Assembly (NCBI GenBank): GCA_039815375.1
Contig: JBCBZJ010000042.1
Span: 1 to 16,455 of the forward strand
Length of the DNA: 16,455 nucleotides
From: Verrucomicrobiota bacterium
GTDB taxonomy: Bacteria; Verrucomicrobiota; Verrucomicrobiia; Opitutales; Coraliomargaritaceae
Reading direction: 5' to 3'
Below are positions 8,715 through 16,455 of the stretch, piece after piece. Both the position numbers and the translations under genes were made by a program. The notes below the pieces were generated by a model. The model was not told the DNA's origin and did no database searches. It saw only the letters and a program-made list of their open reading frames with translations. Positions within the stretch are counted from its first letter, which is position 1. Every line of letters starts with the position of its first letter.

Positions 8715-9182
8715 TTAACTATCAGCAGGACTATTCTCGGCACTCCGGGATCGAGCGGTGACTTGAAGCCGTTGGCTCACTACCTCAAGTCCAAGCTTAT
8801 CTGCAACAGTTTTACCATACCATTCCATGAAGGGGGCATCAATTTCGTAGATCTTATCAGAGTCCAAACAAATGACCTGTGCCTGAAAGGTCGTGGCATT
8901 CTTGTTGGCCATGTAGAACTTGTAGTCCCGGCCCACATCAACTTCGCGAATCAAGCCGCTCTCGGTTAGGATGGGGAGTGCTCGATAAACGGTTGCCCTG
9001 GAAACGGAATCATCGATTTCACGCGCCCTGTCCAACAGGTCCTCAGCGGTGAAGTGGTCCGTGTTTTCGTAAGCGGCATCGAAAATTGCCAAACGCTGAT
9101 TTGTGACACGCAGGCCCTTGCTGCTGAGAAAGTCTTTAAAGGTCTCGCGAATATCGGTGTTTTCAGAAGTAGATGTTGGCAT
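8715..9182 (-). CDS. Fur-family transcriptional regulator with atypical metal sites
   Basis: N-terminal Fur winged helix [11 protein letters not shown]...HFTAEDL...[18 protein letters not shown]-terminal domain has [10 protein letters not shown] where Fur has HLICxxCGKVIE. ATG at 9182 preferred over the track start at 9248. Confidence 0.88.
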   Translation of the reverse strand: MPTSTSENTDIRETFKDFLSSKGLRVTNQRLAIFDAAYENTDHFTAEDLLDRAREIDDSVSRATVYRALPILTESGLIREVDVGRDYKFYMANKNATTFQAQVICLDSDKIYEIDAPFMEWYGKTVADKLGLEVVSQRLQVTARSRSAENSPADS

Positions 9183-9194
9183 TATAGATCTTAT

Positions 9195-9213
9195 TGAGAC
9201 TAAAATGAGACTA
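9195..9213. repeat. Direct repeat TGAGACTA x2 with 11-bp period, upstream of the Fur-like gene; candidate operator
   Basis: TGAGACTA at 9195-9202 and 9206-9213, within the 67-nt gap before the ATG at 9182. Confidence 0.5.
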
Positions 9214-9249
9214 GATAGGCCTTCTTGCAAGCCCACTTTGCAATTCAAC

Positions 9250-10305
9250 TCATTCTTTTGGCCAATAGATGCGTTGATTGCTGCTACTCAAAGACTCGTT
9301 AACCATTTCAGTAAAAGTCATATAACGGACGCCTTGATCAAATGCAGTCAACTTCACAGGCGCACCTTCTCGAATCGAACGCACAAAATCTGCCTCTACC
9401 TGCCAGCCTCGACTCTCCTCACGCGAAAGCGTGATCTTTTTCTCTTCCGCGGAACCTGCCTCGGCAAAAAGAAGCTGAGACTGGAAAGCATCAAAACGCA
9501 GCGCACCTTTTGAACCGTTAAGACGAAACTCCATCCGTGCCTTACCCGATTCCACACCGCTAAAGTGATAGATCAAACGGGCTCCACTTTTCTCAAAACG
9601 GCCAAGGATGCTGATACTGTCGGGGATGCTGATCGTCTTTGGTATGCTCTCTCCGGCATAATAACGTTGTTCATTGGATACCGCGCCATCGGCCAATAGC
9701 CAGGCAGGCTCATCTTCGACCCAACGCTGCACCGTCTCGTGCATGATCCCCATAGTCAGAATGTTCTTTCCGCTATACTCAAGGTCCTGCCTCCAGGTCA
9801 TCGGCGTGTCCGGTGAGGCCGCTTGACCGCCGGTATGCACGACGCGCACTTCGAGTAGCGAACCAAGCTTTCCACTGCGTAGCATCTCTCGAATTGTGGC
9901 GTCAAAATCCAGCGAGAACGGAGCAGGAACGATCTGTGCGACTAGATTCGGGTGCGCCTGAGCTGCTGCCTGCATTTGTTTAGCCTCATCGAGATTCATT
10001 GCCATTCGTGCTTCGCACAGCACATGCTTACCATTTTCGAGGGCAGCAATGGTTGCTTCCGCATGAAGGTAAGGCCAGGTCCCGATACAGATGGCATCAA
10101 TCTGAGGATCCTTCACAACTTCCTGCCAACTTCCGGCGACCCGTTTGATACCGTCTTTCTTGGCAACGACTTCTGCTGATTCAGTAGTGCGATTAGCGAC
10201 AACACTGAGCTCAACGTTCTCCAGCTTAACGAAACCTGGAATGTGCATTTTACGCGTATTTGCACCCGCGCCGATAAACCCAATTCGAAGTGTTCGCTCG
10301 CTCAT
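9250..10305 (-). CDS. Gfo/Idh/MocA family NAD(P)-dependent oxidoreductase
   Basis: Rossmann start [40 protein letters not shown] (variant of the EKP motif) and MGIMH. Confidence 0.9.
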   Translation of the reverse strand: MSERTLRIGFIGAGANTRKMHIPGFVKLENVELSVVANRTTESAEVVAKKDGIKRVAGSWQEVVKDPQIDAICIGTWPYLHAEATIAALENGKHVLCEARMAMNLDEAKQMQAAAQAHPNLVAQIVPAPFSLDFDATIREMLRSGKLGSLLEVRVVHTGGQAASPDTPMTWRQDLEYSGKNILTMGIMHETVQRWVEDEPAWLLADGAVSNEQRYYAGESIPKTISIPDSISILGRFEKSGARLIYHFSGVESGKARMEFRLNGSKGALRFDAFQSQLLFAEAGSAEEKKITLSREESRGWQVEADFVRSIREGAPVKLTAFDQGVRYMTFTEMVNESLSSSNQRIYWPKE

Positions 10306-10317
10306 TTCTAAACCATG

Positions 10318-10992
10318 TTACGCAAGCCTACCAAGATGCAAGGTCAACTGGCGATGCGTGCGCCCAGCAAATTCAGCATTATGTGTGACCAAAATCAGGC
10401 TCTTTTCCTCCTCGGAAGTCATTTGCAGGAGGAGTTCCATAACCGCTTCTCCCGTTTTCTCGTCCAGATTACCAGTCGGCTCATCAGCCAGCAAGACTGC
10501 TGGATCATTGATCAAAGCCCGTGCGACAGCAACACGCTGGCGCTCTCCACCGGAAAGCTTAGTTGAACTATGCCTTAATCGATGGCCCATGCCAACCTTT
10601 TCAAGAAGCATAGCCGCCCGATCCTTCGTTGCACTGTCCACACTGCCTTGAATACGGGCAGCAAGCAGCACGTTCTCCATCGAGTTCAGTTCCGGAGCCA
10701 GATAGTAGGCCTGAAAGACAAATCCGATCCGCGACGCACGTTCCGCTGCAAGTGATGAAAGAGATAGAGATGAAACTTTTCGCTCGGACCAGAAAAGATC
10801 GCCTGAATCTGCCGTTTCCAGCCCGGAAAGCACATTCAGCAGTGTCGACTTACCTGAGCCAGATTCGCCCCTGATACTAACGCTCTCTCCCCGACCCAGT
10901 GAGAAATCGACACCATCAAGAACGGAGATCGCTTCATCGGCTGAATGAAATGACTTCGTCAGGCCAGACGCTTCTATTAAGGGCGCTTCCAT
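10318..10992 (-). CDS. lolD: Lipoprotein-releasing system ATP-binding protein LolD (LolD/MacB-type ABC ATPase)
   Basis: [45 protein letters not shown] and VTHN. ATG at 10992 lies 1 nt after the permease stop; an overlapping GTG at 11001 is an alternative start. Confidence 0.85.
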   Translation of the reverse strand: MEAPLIEASGLTKSFHSADEAISVLDGVDFSLGRGESVSIRGESGSGKSTLLNVLSGLETADSGDLFWSERKVSSLSLSSLAAERASRIGFVFQAYYLAPELNSMENVLLAARIQGSVDSATKDRAAMLLEKVGMGHRLRHSSTKLSGGERQRVAVARALINDPAVLLADEPTGNLDEKTGEAVMELLLQMTSEEEKSLILVTHNAEFAGRTHRQLTLHLGRLA

Positions 10993-10993
10993 A

Positions 10994-12226
10994 TCACTCA
11001 CTGCGTAACGCATCGGCAGGTTTGAGGCGTGCGGCCCGGAAAGCCGGCAAGAGACCGGCCAAGGTAGAAACACCAATAGCAAAACAAGTCACGGTGACAA
11101 AGTCAGAGCTTAGGTAGTGCACCGGTATTTCGTAAACGTCATAGACACCGAGAAAGTTTACCTCGGATTGCGTCAATTTGCTATAGCCTGTCAGAATTGG
11201 ACGGCGAAAGTGAAGACAAAGCACCGCCATCGCGATACCAAGCAAAGTGCCCAGAGCGCCTATCACAAAACCCTGAAAGCAGAAACTGAGCGCAACCTGC
11301 CTCGGACGCGCTCCCATTGCGACGAGAAGCCCAATTTCCCGTGTTTTCCGAATCACAGCCATCATCAGGGCAATCGCAATGGAGAAGGATGCCACCAAAA
11401 TAATAAAAATTAGAATGAAGGAAATGACGCGTTTTTCCTGCTCCACAACAAAAAGAAAATCCCGATTCGACTCAAGCCAACTGACCGCCCGGAGACCCGG
11501 CCGAAGCAGCCCACCCTCAAGTTCTTCCGAATATTGGAAAGCATCCACTCCAGGCCGGAGCCTGAGAACCAGACCATGGACACCATCTTCAAGGCCGTAG
11601 AGCTCCTGCATGACGCGGAGCGTGGAGATCATTGTATTGCCATCGACCTGAGGAGAGCCTGTCCGGAAAAGGCCGACGACTTTGAACTCTCTGGGCAAGA
11701 GGACCTCATCCTCTTTCAGACGTTCCAGCATCAAGGGTGTAAAAACCTCAACAATCGAGCCAGGCCCAGCTTTTAAAGCGTAAGCTAGGCCTTCGCCTAA
11801 AAAGACCCCCTCATCATCGAAGTCGTCAAGATCACCGACAGTAATAAATTGTTCCATCGGGACCACATCCTCGCCGGTTAGCGGGTCGATACCTCGGATT
11901 ATAGGGAATTGCGGGCGGTTCTGATGCTGCAGCATGATTACGCCTTCCGCAAAAGGCGAAACCGCAAGAACATTTTCCTGTCCTTCCAGTCTATCGAAAT
12001 ACACCTCCCAGTCGAGGATCACCTCGCTTGATCGAATCCGGATATCCCCCTCCGTCTTTACCAGCCTCTGGCGAATCCCTTCGCCGAACCCATTCATCAC
12101 GCTCTGGACAATGATAAGCACACAAACGCCTAGCATTACCCCCACGATCGAAACGAATGAGAAGAAAGAAAAAAAGCGCCCCGAGGGAAAAAGCTGCTTC
12201 AGGGCATGGTAAAGATACCAAGGCAT
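10994..12226 (-). CDS. Lipoprotein-releasing ABC permease, LolC/E family (single permease gene)
   Basis: [22 protein letters not shown] (TM1), large periplasmic domain, [13 protein letters not shown] and [17 protein letters not shown]. Coupled to lolD. ATG at 12226 (MPWYLY) preferred. Confidence 0.9.
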   Translation of the reverse strand: MPWYLYHALKQLFPSGRFFSFFSFVSIVGVMLGVCVLIIVQSVMNGFGEGIRQRLVKTEGDIRIRSSEVILDWEVYFDRLEGQENVLAVSPFAEGVIMLQHQNRPQFPIIRGIDPLTGEDVVPMEQFITVGDLDDFDDEGVFLGEGLAYALKAGPGSIVEVFTPLMLERLKEDEVLLPREFKVVGLFRTGSPQVDGNTMISTLRVMQELYGLEDGVHGLVLRLRPGVDAFQYSEELEGGLLRPGLRAVSWLESNRDFLFVVEQEKRVISFILIFIILVASFSIAIALMMAVIRKTREIGLLVAMGARPRQVALSFCFQGFVIGALGTLLGIAMAVLCLHFRRPILTGYSKLTQSEVNFLGVYDVYEIPVHYLSSDFVTVTCFAIGVSTLAGLLPAFRAARLKPADALRSE

Positions 12227-12307
12227 CCAATCAGTTCTCGACGATAGAACTCCGGAGGCAAAGCGAAAAACACGTCGAATCGCGAAATTCGGAAATAATT
12301 TTGAAAC

Positions 12308-12337
12308 TTCACAACGAATAAAAACCATATATAACAT
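12308..12337 (+). promoter_or_regulatory. Possible sigma70-type promoter for the DUF1800-DUF1501 operon
   Basis: TTCACA (12308-12313), then 18 nt, then TAACAT (12332-12337), in an AT-rich divergent gap 17 nt before the ATG at 12355. Confidence 0.3.
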
Positions 12338-12354
12338 GTAAAAGACGACGAATC

Positions 12355-13857
12355 ATGGCCACGCCATTGCCTACCCCCTCCTCCTTCAGCGTAAAAGACG
12401 CTTGGAAACCATTGCCCAAAGGTGCTTGGAATGAAGTTCATGCGGCGCATCTTTTGCGCCGTATAGGCTTCGCCGCGACTCCTGAATTAGTGCAGTCCGC
12501 ACTGCAGACAAACGTCGAAACAACCATTAGCAAAGCCTTCAGGGATGCCGAGCCACTGGTTAAAAGCAAAGCACTTTCCGAATTTGCGGCTACGGCAAAC
12601 GAAAACTACCGCGCCATCTATCGAGACCTGAAGACTCAGGAAGAGAAAAGGGATCGGCGTAATGAGTTACGTAAAGAGGACAACAAGCTTTTCCGGGAAT
12701 ACGGGATGAGCTGGTTCAGGCATGCCCGCAAACAAAGGAACAGTGCCACCGAAAAACTGGTCCTCTTTCTCCAGGATGTCTTTGTCGTTGACCGGCGCAC
12801 CATTCAGGACACTCCCTCCCTTTTCAACATGCAGCAAATCCTCCGTGAAGGATTGGGCATGAAATACGATGATTTGTGCAAGTGGGTAAGCCGTGAACCG
12901 GCTATGATTCGATATCTGGATCTGGACAAGAACACGGCTCGCAAACCCAACGAGAACTTCGCTCGTGAACTCTTTGAACTCTTCACCCTCGGTGAAGGCA
13001 ACTACACGGAGACCGACATCAAGGAAGCTGCGCGTGCCTTCACTGGCTACCGAGCGCGTAATCGCTACGAGTTCTACTTCCAGCGTAAACTGCACGATAC
13101 AGATAGAAAGACCGTCTTTAACGAAACAGGTAATTGGGATGGCGACGACATTATCGACATCACCTTCCGCCAGCCTGCAGCCAAAACCTACCTGATCAAA
13201 GAACTCTTTAAATTCTATCTTACTGAAGAAACAGTTCATAGGGAATATGTAGAAGAGCTCGGTAACATGTGGGCCAACCATGACTTCGAGCTGAGCTATC
13301 TTGTTAACACCTTCTTCGGGAGCCAATTGTTCTATCATCCGGCTTTCCAAGGCAACTTGGTCAAAAGCCCGGTTCATTTCTATCTTGGCCTCTGTCAGGA
13401 CTTGCGCCTCGACGTGGTGCCCTTCGAATCACGACTCCTACGCAGTATGGATGTGATGGGCCAATCCTTTTACAATCCGCCAAATGTCCAAGGGTGGCTC
13501 TATGGTGAATACTGGATCAACTCCACCACCATTAGTGCCAGACGGCAACTCGTCGACTATCTCTTTACAGCCCTAAACGAAGAAAAGCTAAACGGCAACG
13601 ACCAGAAATCACTAAAGATCGCCCGCAACGAAGGCAGAGGCGACTTTCTAGTTACACAGGACCGTCTTACACAACTCACCAGTTTGGAGCCTTCTGAAAT
13701 AGCGACTCACCTAACCAAGTATTTAATCACCGCACCTTCACGCCCTACCTATAAACCAGTCCTTCAGAATCTCCTGAGAAGCAGCGATAGCTTGGATAAC
13801 AGCATTCGCTATGCGATCATCGCCCTCCTTCAGTCACCCGCCTACAACCTCTGCTGA
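12355..13857 (+). CDS. DUF1800 family protein
   Basis: AAHLLRRIGFA, PAMIRYLD, NENFARELFELFTLGEG.YTETDIKEAARAFTG, KSP, PPNVQGW and C-terminal LLQSPAY. Typical pairing with DUF1501. Confidence 0.9.
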   Translation: MATPLPTPSSFSVKDAWKPLPKGAWNEVHAAHLLRRIGFAATPELVQSALQTNVETTISKAFRDAEPLVKSKALSEFAATANENYRAIYRDLKTQEEKRDRRNELRKEDNKLFREYGMSWFRHARKQRNSATEKLVLFLQDVFVVDRRTIQDTPSLFNMQQILREGLGMKYDDLCKWVSREPAMIRYLDLDKNTARKPNENFARELFELFTLGEGNYTETDIKEAARAFTGYRARNRYEFYFQRKLHDTDRKTVFNETGNWDGDDIIDITFRQPAAKTYLIKELFKFYLTEETVHREYVEELGNMWANHDFELSYLVNTFFGSQLFYHPAFQGNLVKSPVHFYLGLCQDLRLDVVPFESRLLRSMDVMGQSFYNPPNVQGWLYGEYWINSTTISARRQLVDYLFTALNEEKLNGNDQKSLKIARNEGRGDFLVTQDRLTQLTSLEPSEIATHLTKYLITAPSRPTYKPVLQNLLRSSDSLDNSIRYAIIALLQSPAYNLC

Positions 13858-13859
13858 TT

Positions 13860-15092
13860 ATGAATGAATTACCCTTAACTCGCCGCGAATTCATACGTCG
13901 TTCGTCAGGAGGTGGCCTCGGTTTTTTGGCCTTCAGCGGAGTGGCCCCCTCATTCCTTGCCAAGAGCGCACTTGCTCAGACTCCTGGGCCCGAGCGCGAC
14001 CGCACCATATTGGTTGTGATCCAGCTTGCAGGGGGAAACGACGGACTGAATACCGTCGTCCCCCACACCGACGATAATTACTTCAACCTGCGCCCAAAAC
14101 TCGCCATCCGTAAGGGTCTTCTTCCGATTAACGAAGACCTTGGCTTCAACCCTGCCTGCCGCAAGCTACACCAGCTCTTCAACGAAGGTCAGCTATCCAT
14201 CATTCAAAACGTCGGCTATCCGAATCCGAATCGTAGCCACTTCCGTTCAACTGAGATATGGGAAACCGCTTCCTCAAGTGAAAATGTGCAGCGAGAAGGC
14301 TGGCTTGGCCGCTATTTTGACAATGCATGTTCCGGTAGCCCGGACGAAGATGCTGATCCAACCGCCGTTCATCTCAGTGACATGATTCCTCAGAGCTATC
14401 TTTCAGAGAAATCACATAGTCTGTTCGGAATGAAGTCATCTGGGCGCTTCGACAGGGGCACTGACCCTGCCGATCTTGCTTACGAAAAACTGCTTCAGGC
14501 TGAACATATCGAAGGCAACGCCAGCTATTTGCAGCACACTATGATGAACACACTCGTCACCGAAAGACGGGTAGAAAAGATTATCTCCCGCTACAAGCCG
14601 ATGGCACGATATCCGGGCAATAAGCTTGCTCAGTCACTCCGCCGCGTGGCCGCTTTGATTCATGCCGACATGGAAACCCGAGTGTACTACGTCTCTCAAG
14701 GCGGTTATGATACCCACTCGGGACAACTTAGTAGGCATACTCGACTACTGGCGGAGCTATCCGGAGCGATGCAGGCCTTCCAACAAGATTTGGTTGCTCA
14801 CAAGAAGGACGATCAGGTCATGACAATGACCTTTTCAGAATTTGGCCGTCGCCCATCCGAGAATGGTAGTGCAGGCACGGACCACGGAACTGCGGCACCA
14901 CTCTTCGTTATGGGTTCCAAGGTTAATGGCGGACTGATGGGAAGCGCTCCAGATCTAAACATCGGAGAAAACAAAGATCTCAAATTCAGCACGGATTTTC
15001 GAAGTGTTTACAGCAGCGTGCTGGACCGCTGGTTTGATGCCGACTCCAGCTCCATACTAGGTGAAAAGTTTGATCACTTGCCATTTGTCTGA
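13860..15092 (+). CDS. DUF1501 family protein with twin-arginine (Tat) signal
   Basis: TRREFI plus a hydrophobic stretch and ALA|Q. Motifs LVVIQLAGGNDGLN, PNRSHF, GWLGR, GGYDTH, FSEFGRR and GTDHG. Starts 2 nt after the DUF1800 stop. Confidence 0.92.
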   Translation: MNELPLTRREFIRRSSGGGLGFLAFSGVAPSFLAKSALAQTPGPERDRTILVVIQLAGGNDGLNTVVPHTDDNYFNLRPKLAIRKGLLPINEDLGFNPACRKLHQLFNEGQLSIIQNVGYPNPNRSHFRSTEIWETASSSENVQREGWLGRYFDNACSGSPDEDADPTAVHLSDMIPQSYLSEKSHSLFGMKSSGRFDRGTDPADLAYEKLLQAEHIEGNASYLQHTMMNTLVTERRVEKIISRYKPMARYPGNKLAQSLRRVAALIHADMETRVYYVSQGGYDTHSGQLSRHTRLLAELSGAMQAFQQDLVAHKKDDQVMTMTFSEFGRRPSENGSAGTDHGTAAPLFVMGSKVNGGLMGSAPDLNIGENKDLKFSTDFRSVYSSVLDRWFDADSSSILGEKFDHLPFV

Positions 15093-15197
15093 CCCGCAGT
15101 TTTCACGGATCCCTACCAATCCTTGCTGAATGGCCTGAGCATCAGAGTTGTCAAATCTGTCGCTGCATTCCCAGTCTAAGGATAGAATGTTACTAGC

Positions 15198-15647
15198 TTA
15201 TTCGTGATGGTATTTCGAGCCACTGTTAATAGAAACAGCTCTGTAAAGCTGCTCGCAAACAAGCATGTGCGCGATCTCGTGAGTAAAGGTCAGTGGCGAA
15301 AGCGAAAATAACTCATCTGCCCGCAGCTTGACTGCATCACTTAAGCCATAGGCTCCTCCGATAATAAAAACCGCCGGCTGCCCCTGTAACTTGAACAATT
15401 CAGCGGCAAGTTCAATCGAACTCCGCGTCTTGCCCTCTTCTGCCATCGCATAAATGCGCGCTCCACGCCGCTGGTTCAAAGCTTCAAGGATGCGCTCACC
15501 TTCACTTTCGACATCCCCGTCTTTCAATTGCAGAAGCTCAAAATTACCCTGCCGCTTCAATCGCTTGCTGAAGTCGTCACATAGTGCCGCCAGGGAACGA
15601 TTCTTCATTCGGCCGACTGCCATGACTGTGTAACGAAACATAACCAT
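15198..15647 (-). CDS. rlmH: 23S rRNA (pseudouridine1915-N3)-methyltransferase RlmH
   Basis: AVGRMK, EEGK..SS.ELA, SPOUT motif FIIGGAYGL, SLSPLTFTHE, EQLYRA and C-terminal KYHHE. Confidence 0.95.
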   Translation of the reverse strand: MVMFRYTVMAVGRMKNRSLAALCDDFSKRLKRQGNFELLQLKDGDVESEGERILEALNQRRGARIYAMAEEGKTRSSIELAAELFKLQGQPAVFIIGGAYGLSDAVKLRADELFSLSPLTFTHEIAHMLVCEQLYRAVSINSGSKYHHE

Positions 15648-16154
15648 TCAAAGCTCAAGAACAGATCGAGCCAGATAAATAGAAAATTGTTTGCCTGACA
15701 AATTGAGCATCAAGAAAGTTTTGCTTATTAATTTGCAAATTCTAAAGCTAGAAACCGCTAGCTTAAAATCCATTTTCTGATGCCTTGAATTGTGAATCCA
15801 ACCGTCGAGAAATGGTTTCTTAAAAGTAAAATGGAGATTCATACCTATCAACGCACATGTGGAGATCTATCACAATCAGCTGGCCCCAAAAGGTAGACTC
15901 ATGCATGGGCGTTATGGTGTTGAAAAAAGGTATAAGCAAAATGTTAATTTAAATGCCTGCCTATTCCTCTCTCACTATTGAAGATATCAAAATGGGTTCT
16001 ACGATCTATACTGCCTTGATTTTAGGCAGAGAGCCCCAGCCAGATTACGATAAAAAAATCCTTCATGGTAGGCACGTTTGGTCTCTCTAATAAGAAACAC
16101 TTGCCTTAACCCCAAACCGCGCAAGATAGATCAGCATTCTGCTCGAGTGCCTGA

Positions 16155-16455
16155 CTAATTATTCTTCAAAGACTTTTTTTGAGTATTCAAGCCCTCTAAT
16201 TCAGGTGGCACAGTCACTTTTTTCCCTCGAACCTTTAACTGGCGCACCCATTCGAATTGCTGCTCTACCTGACCAGGGCCTGTGGCATTGCCTCCTTGAA
16301 CAAATTCACCGTAGGGGCGTTGCTCAAAGGTTTTTAACACGGAAGTCAGCTGCTGCTGCATTTCCCTCAGTTTAGATTCATGTTCCGGAGAGGATGCCAG
16401 GTTGCTCATCTCTTTCTCATCACGGGTCAAATGATAAAGCTGGTCCTCATACCAG
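16155..16455 (-). CDS. 3' end of a probable sulfatase-family hydrolase (5' part outside the window)
   Basis: The frame is open to the window edge: WYEDQLYHLTRDEKEMSNLASSPEHESKLREMQQQL resembles the sulfatase C-terminal motif LYDLxxDPxExxNLA. The catalytic CxPxR motif is not visible in this window. Confidence 0.7.
   Translation of the reverse strand, partial: WYEDQLYHLTRDEKEMSNLASSPEHESKLREMQQQLTSVLKTFEQRPYGEFVQGGNATGPGQVEQQFEWVRQLKVRGKKVTVPPELEGLNTQKKSLKNN

Noticed and set aside
8715..9182. Calling the Fur-like protein Nur because sodN is nearby
   Set aside because: Nur needs several His ligands for nickel and this protein has only one His; proximity alone is insufficient.
12667..13377. 236-aa minus-strand ORF
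   Set aside because: Antisense mirror of DUF1800 with no independent evidence.
15093..15250. rlmH 3' end as an SCC-type (orfX) integration site
   Set aside because: Only ~105 nt separate it from DUF1501, with no recombinase gene or duplicated att sequence.
15648..15851. 67-aa minus-strand ORF abutting rlmH
   Set aside because: AT-rich, with no recognisable domain or RBS; probably spurious though not excluded.
15796..16090. Short plus-strand open frames in the spacer, including a 45-aa ORF at 15953-16090, as a small gene or pseudogene
   Set aside because: No RBS and no similarity I can recognise; BLASTX or ribosome profiling would be needed.
1..16455. CRISPR arrays, tRNA/rRNA genes, transposases, phage or defence genes
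   Set aside because: No regularly spaced repeats, cloverleaf motifs or such protein signatures seen; almost all sequence is explained by the listed CDSs.

Overview
Bacterial chromosomal window of mostly housekeeping and envelope genes. Gene order and protein style suggest Verrucomicrobiota (Opitutales/Puniceicoccaceae-like), which is inference only. A long minus-strand run reads lolC/E-lolD-Gfo/Idh/MocA oxidoreductase-Fur-like regulator-TPR protein-priA, then aspS, an lptC/lptA-like multidomain gene, lptB and hprK (truncated at the left edge and absent from the ORF track). A lone plus-strand nickel SOD gene (sodN) lies between aspS and priA. The right side holds a DUF1800/DUF1501 pair, rlmH, a ~500 bp AT-rich spacer and the 3' end of a sulfatase-like gene. 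I found no rRNA, tRNA, CRISPR array or transposase. The most notable items are: (1) one secreted polypeptide that appears to fuse an LptC-like domain to three tandem LptA-like domains, possibly a pre-assembled LPS bridge; (2) a Fur-family protein that has lost most canonical metal ligands, preceded by a phased direct repeat; (3) a NiSOD with a signal peptide, no sodX in the window and a natural Tyr9->Phe change; (4) the uncharacterised DUF1800/Tat-DUF1501 module.
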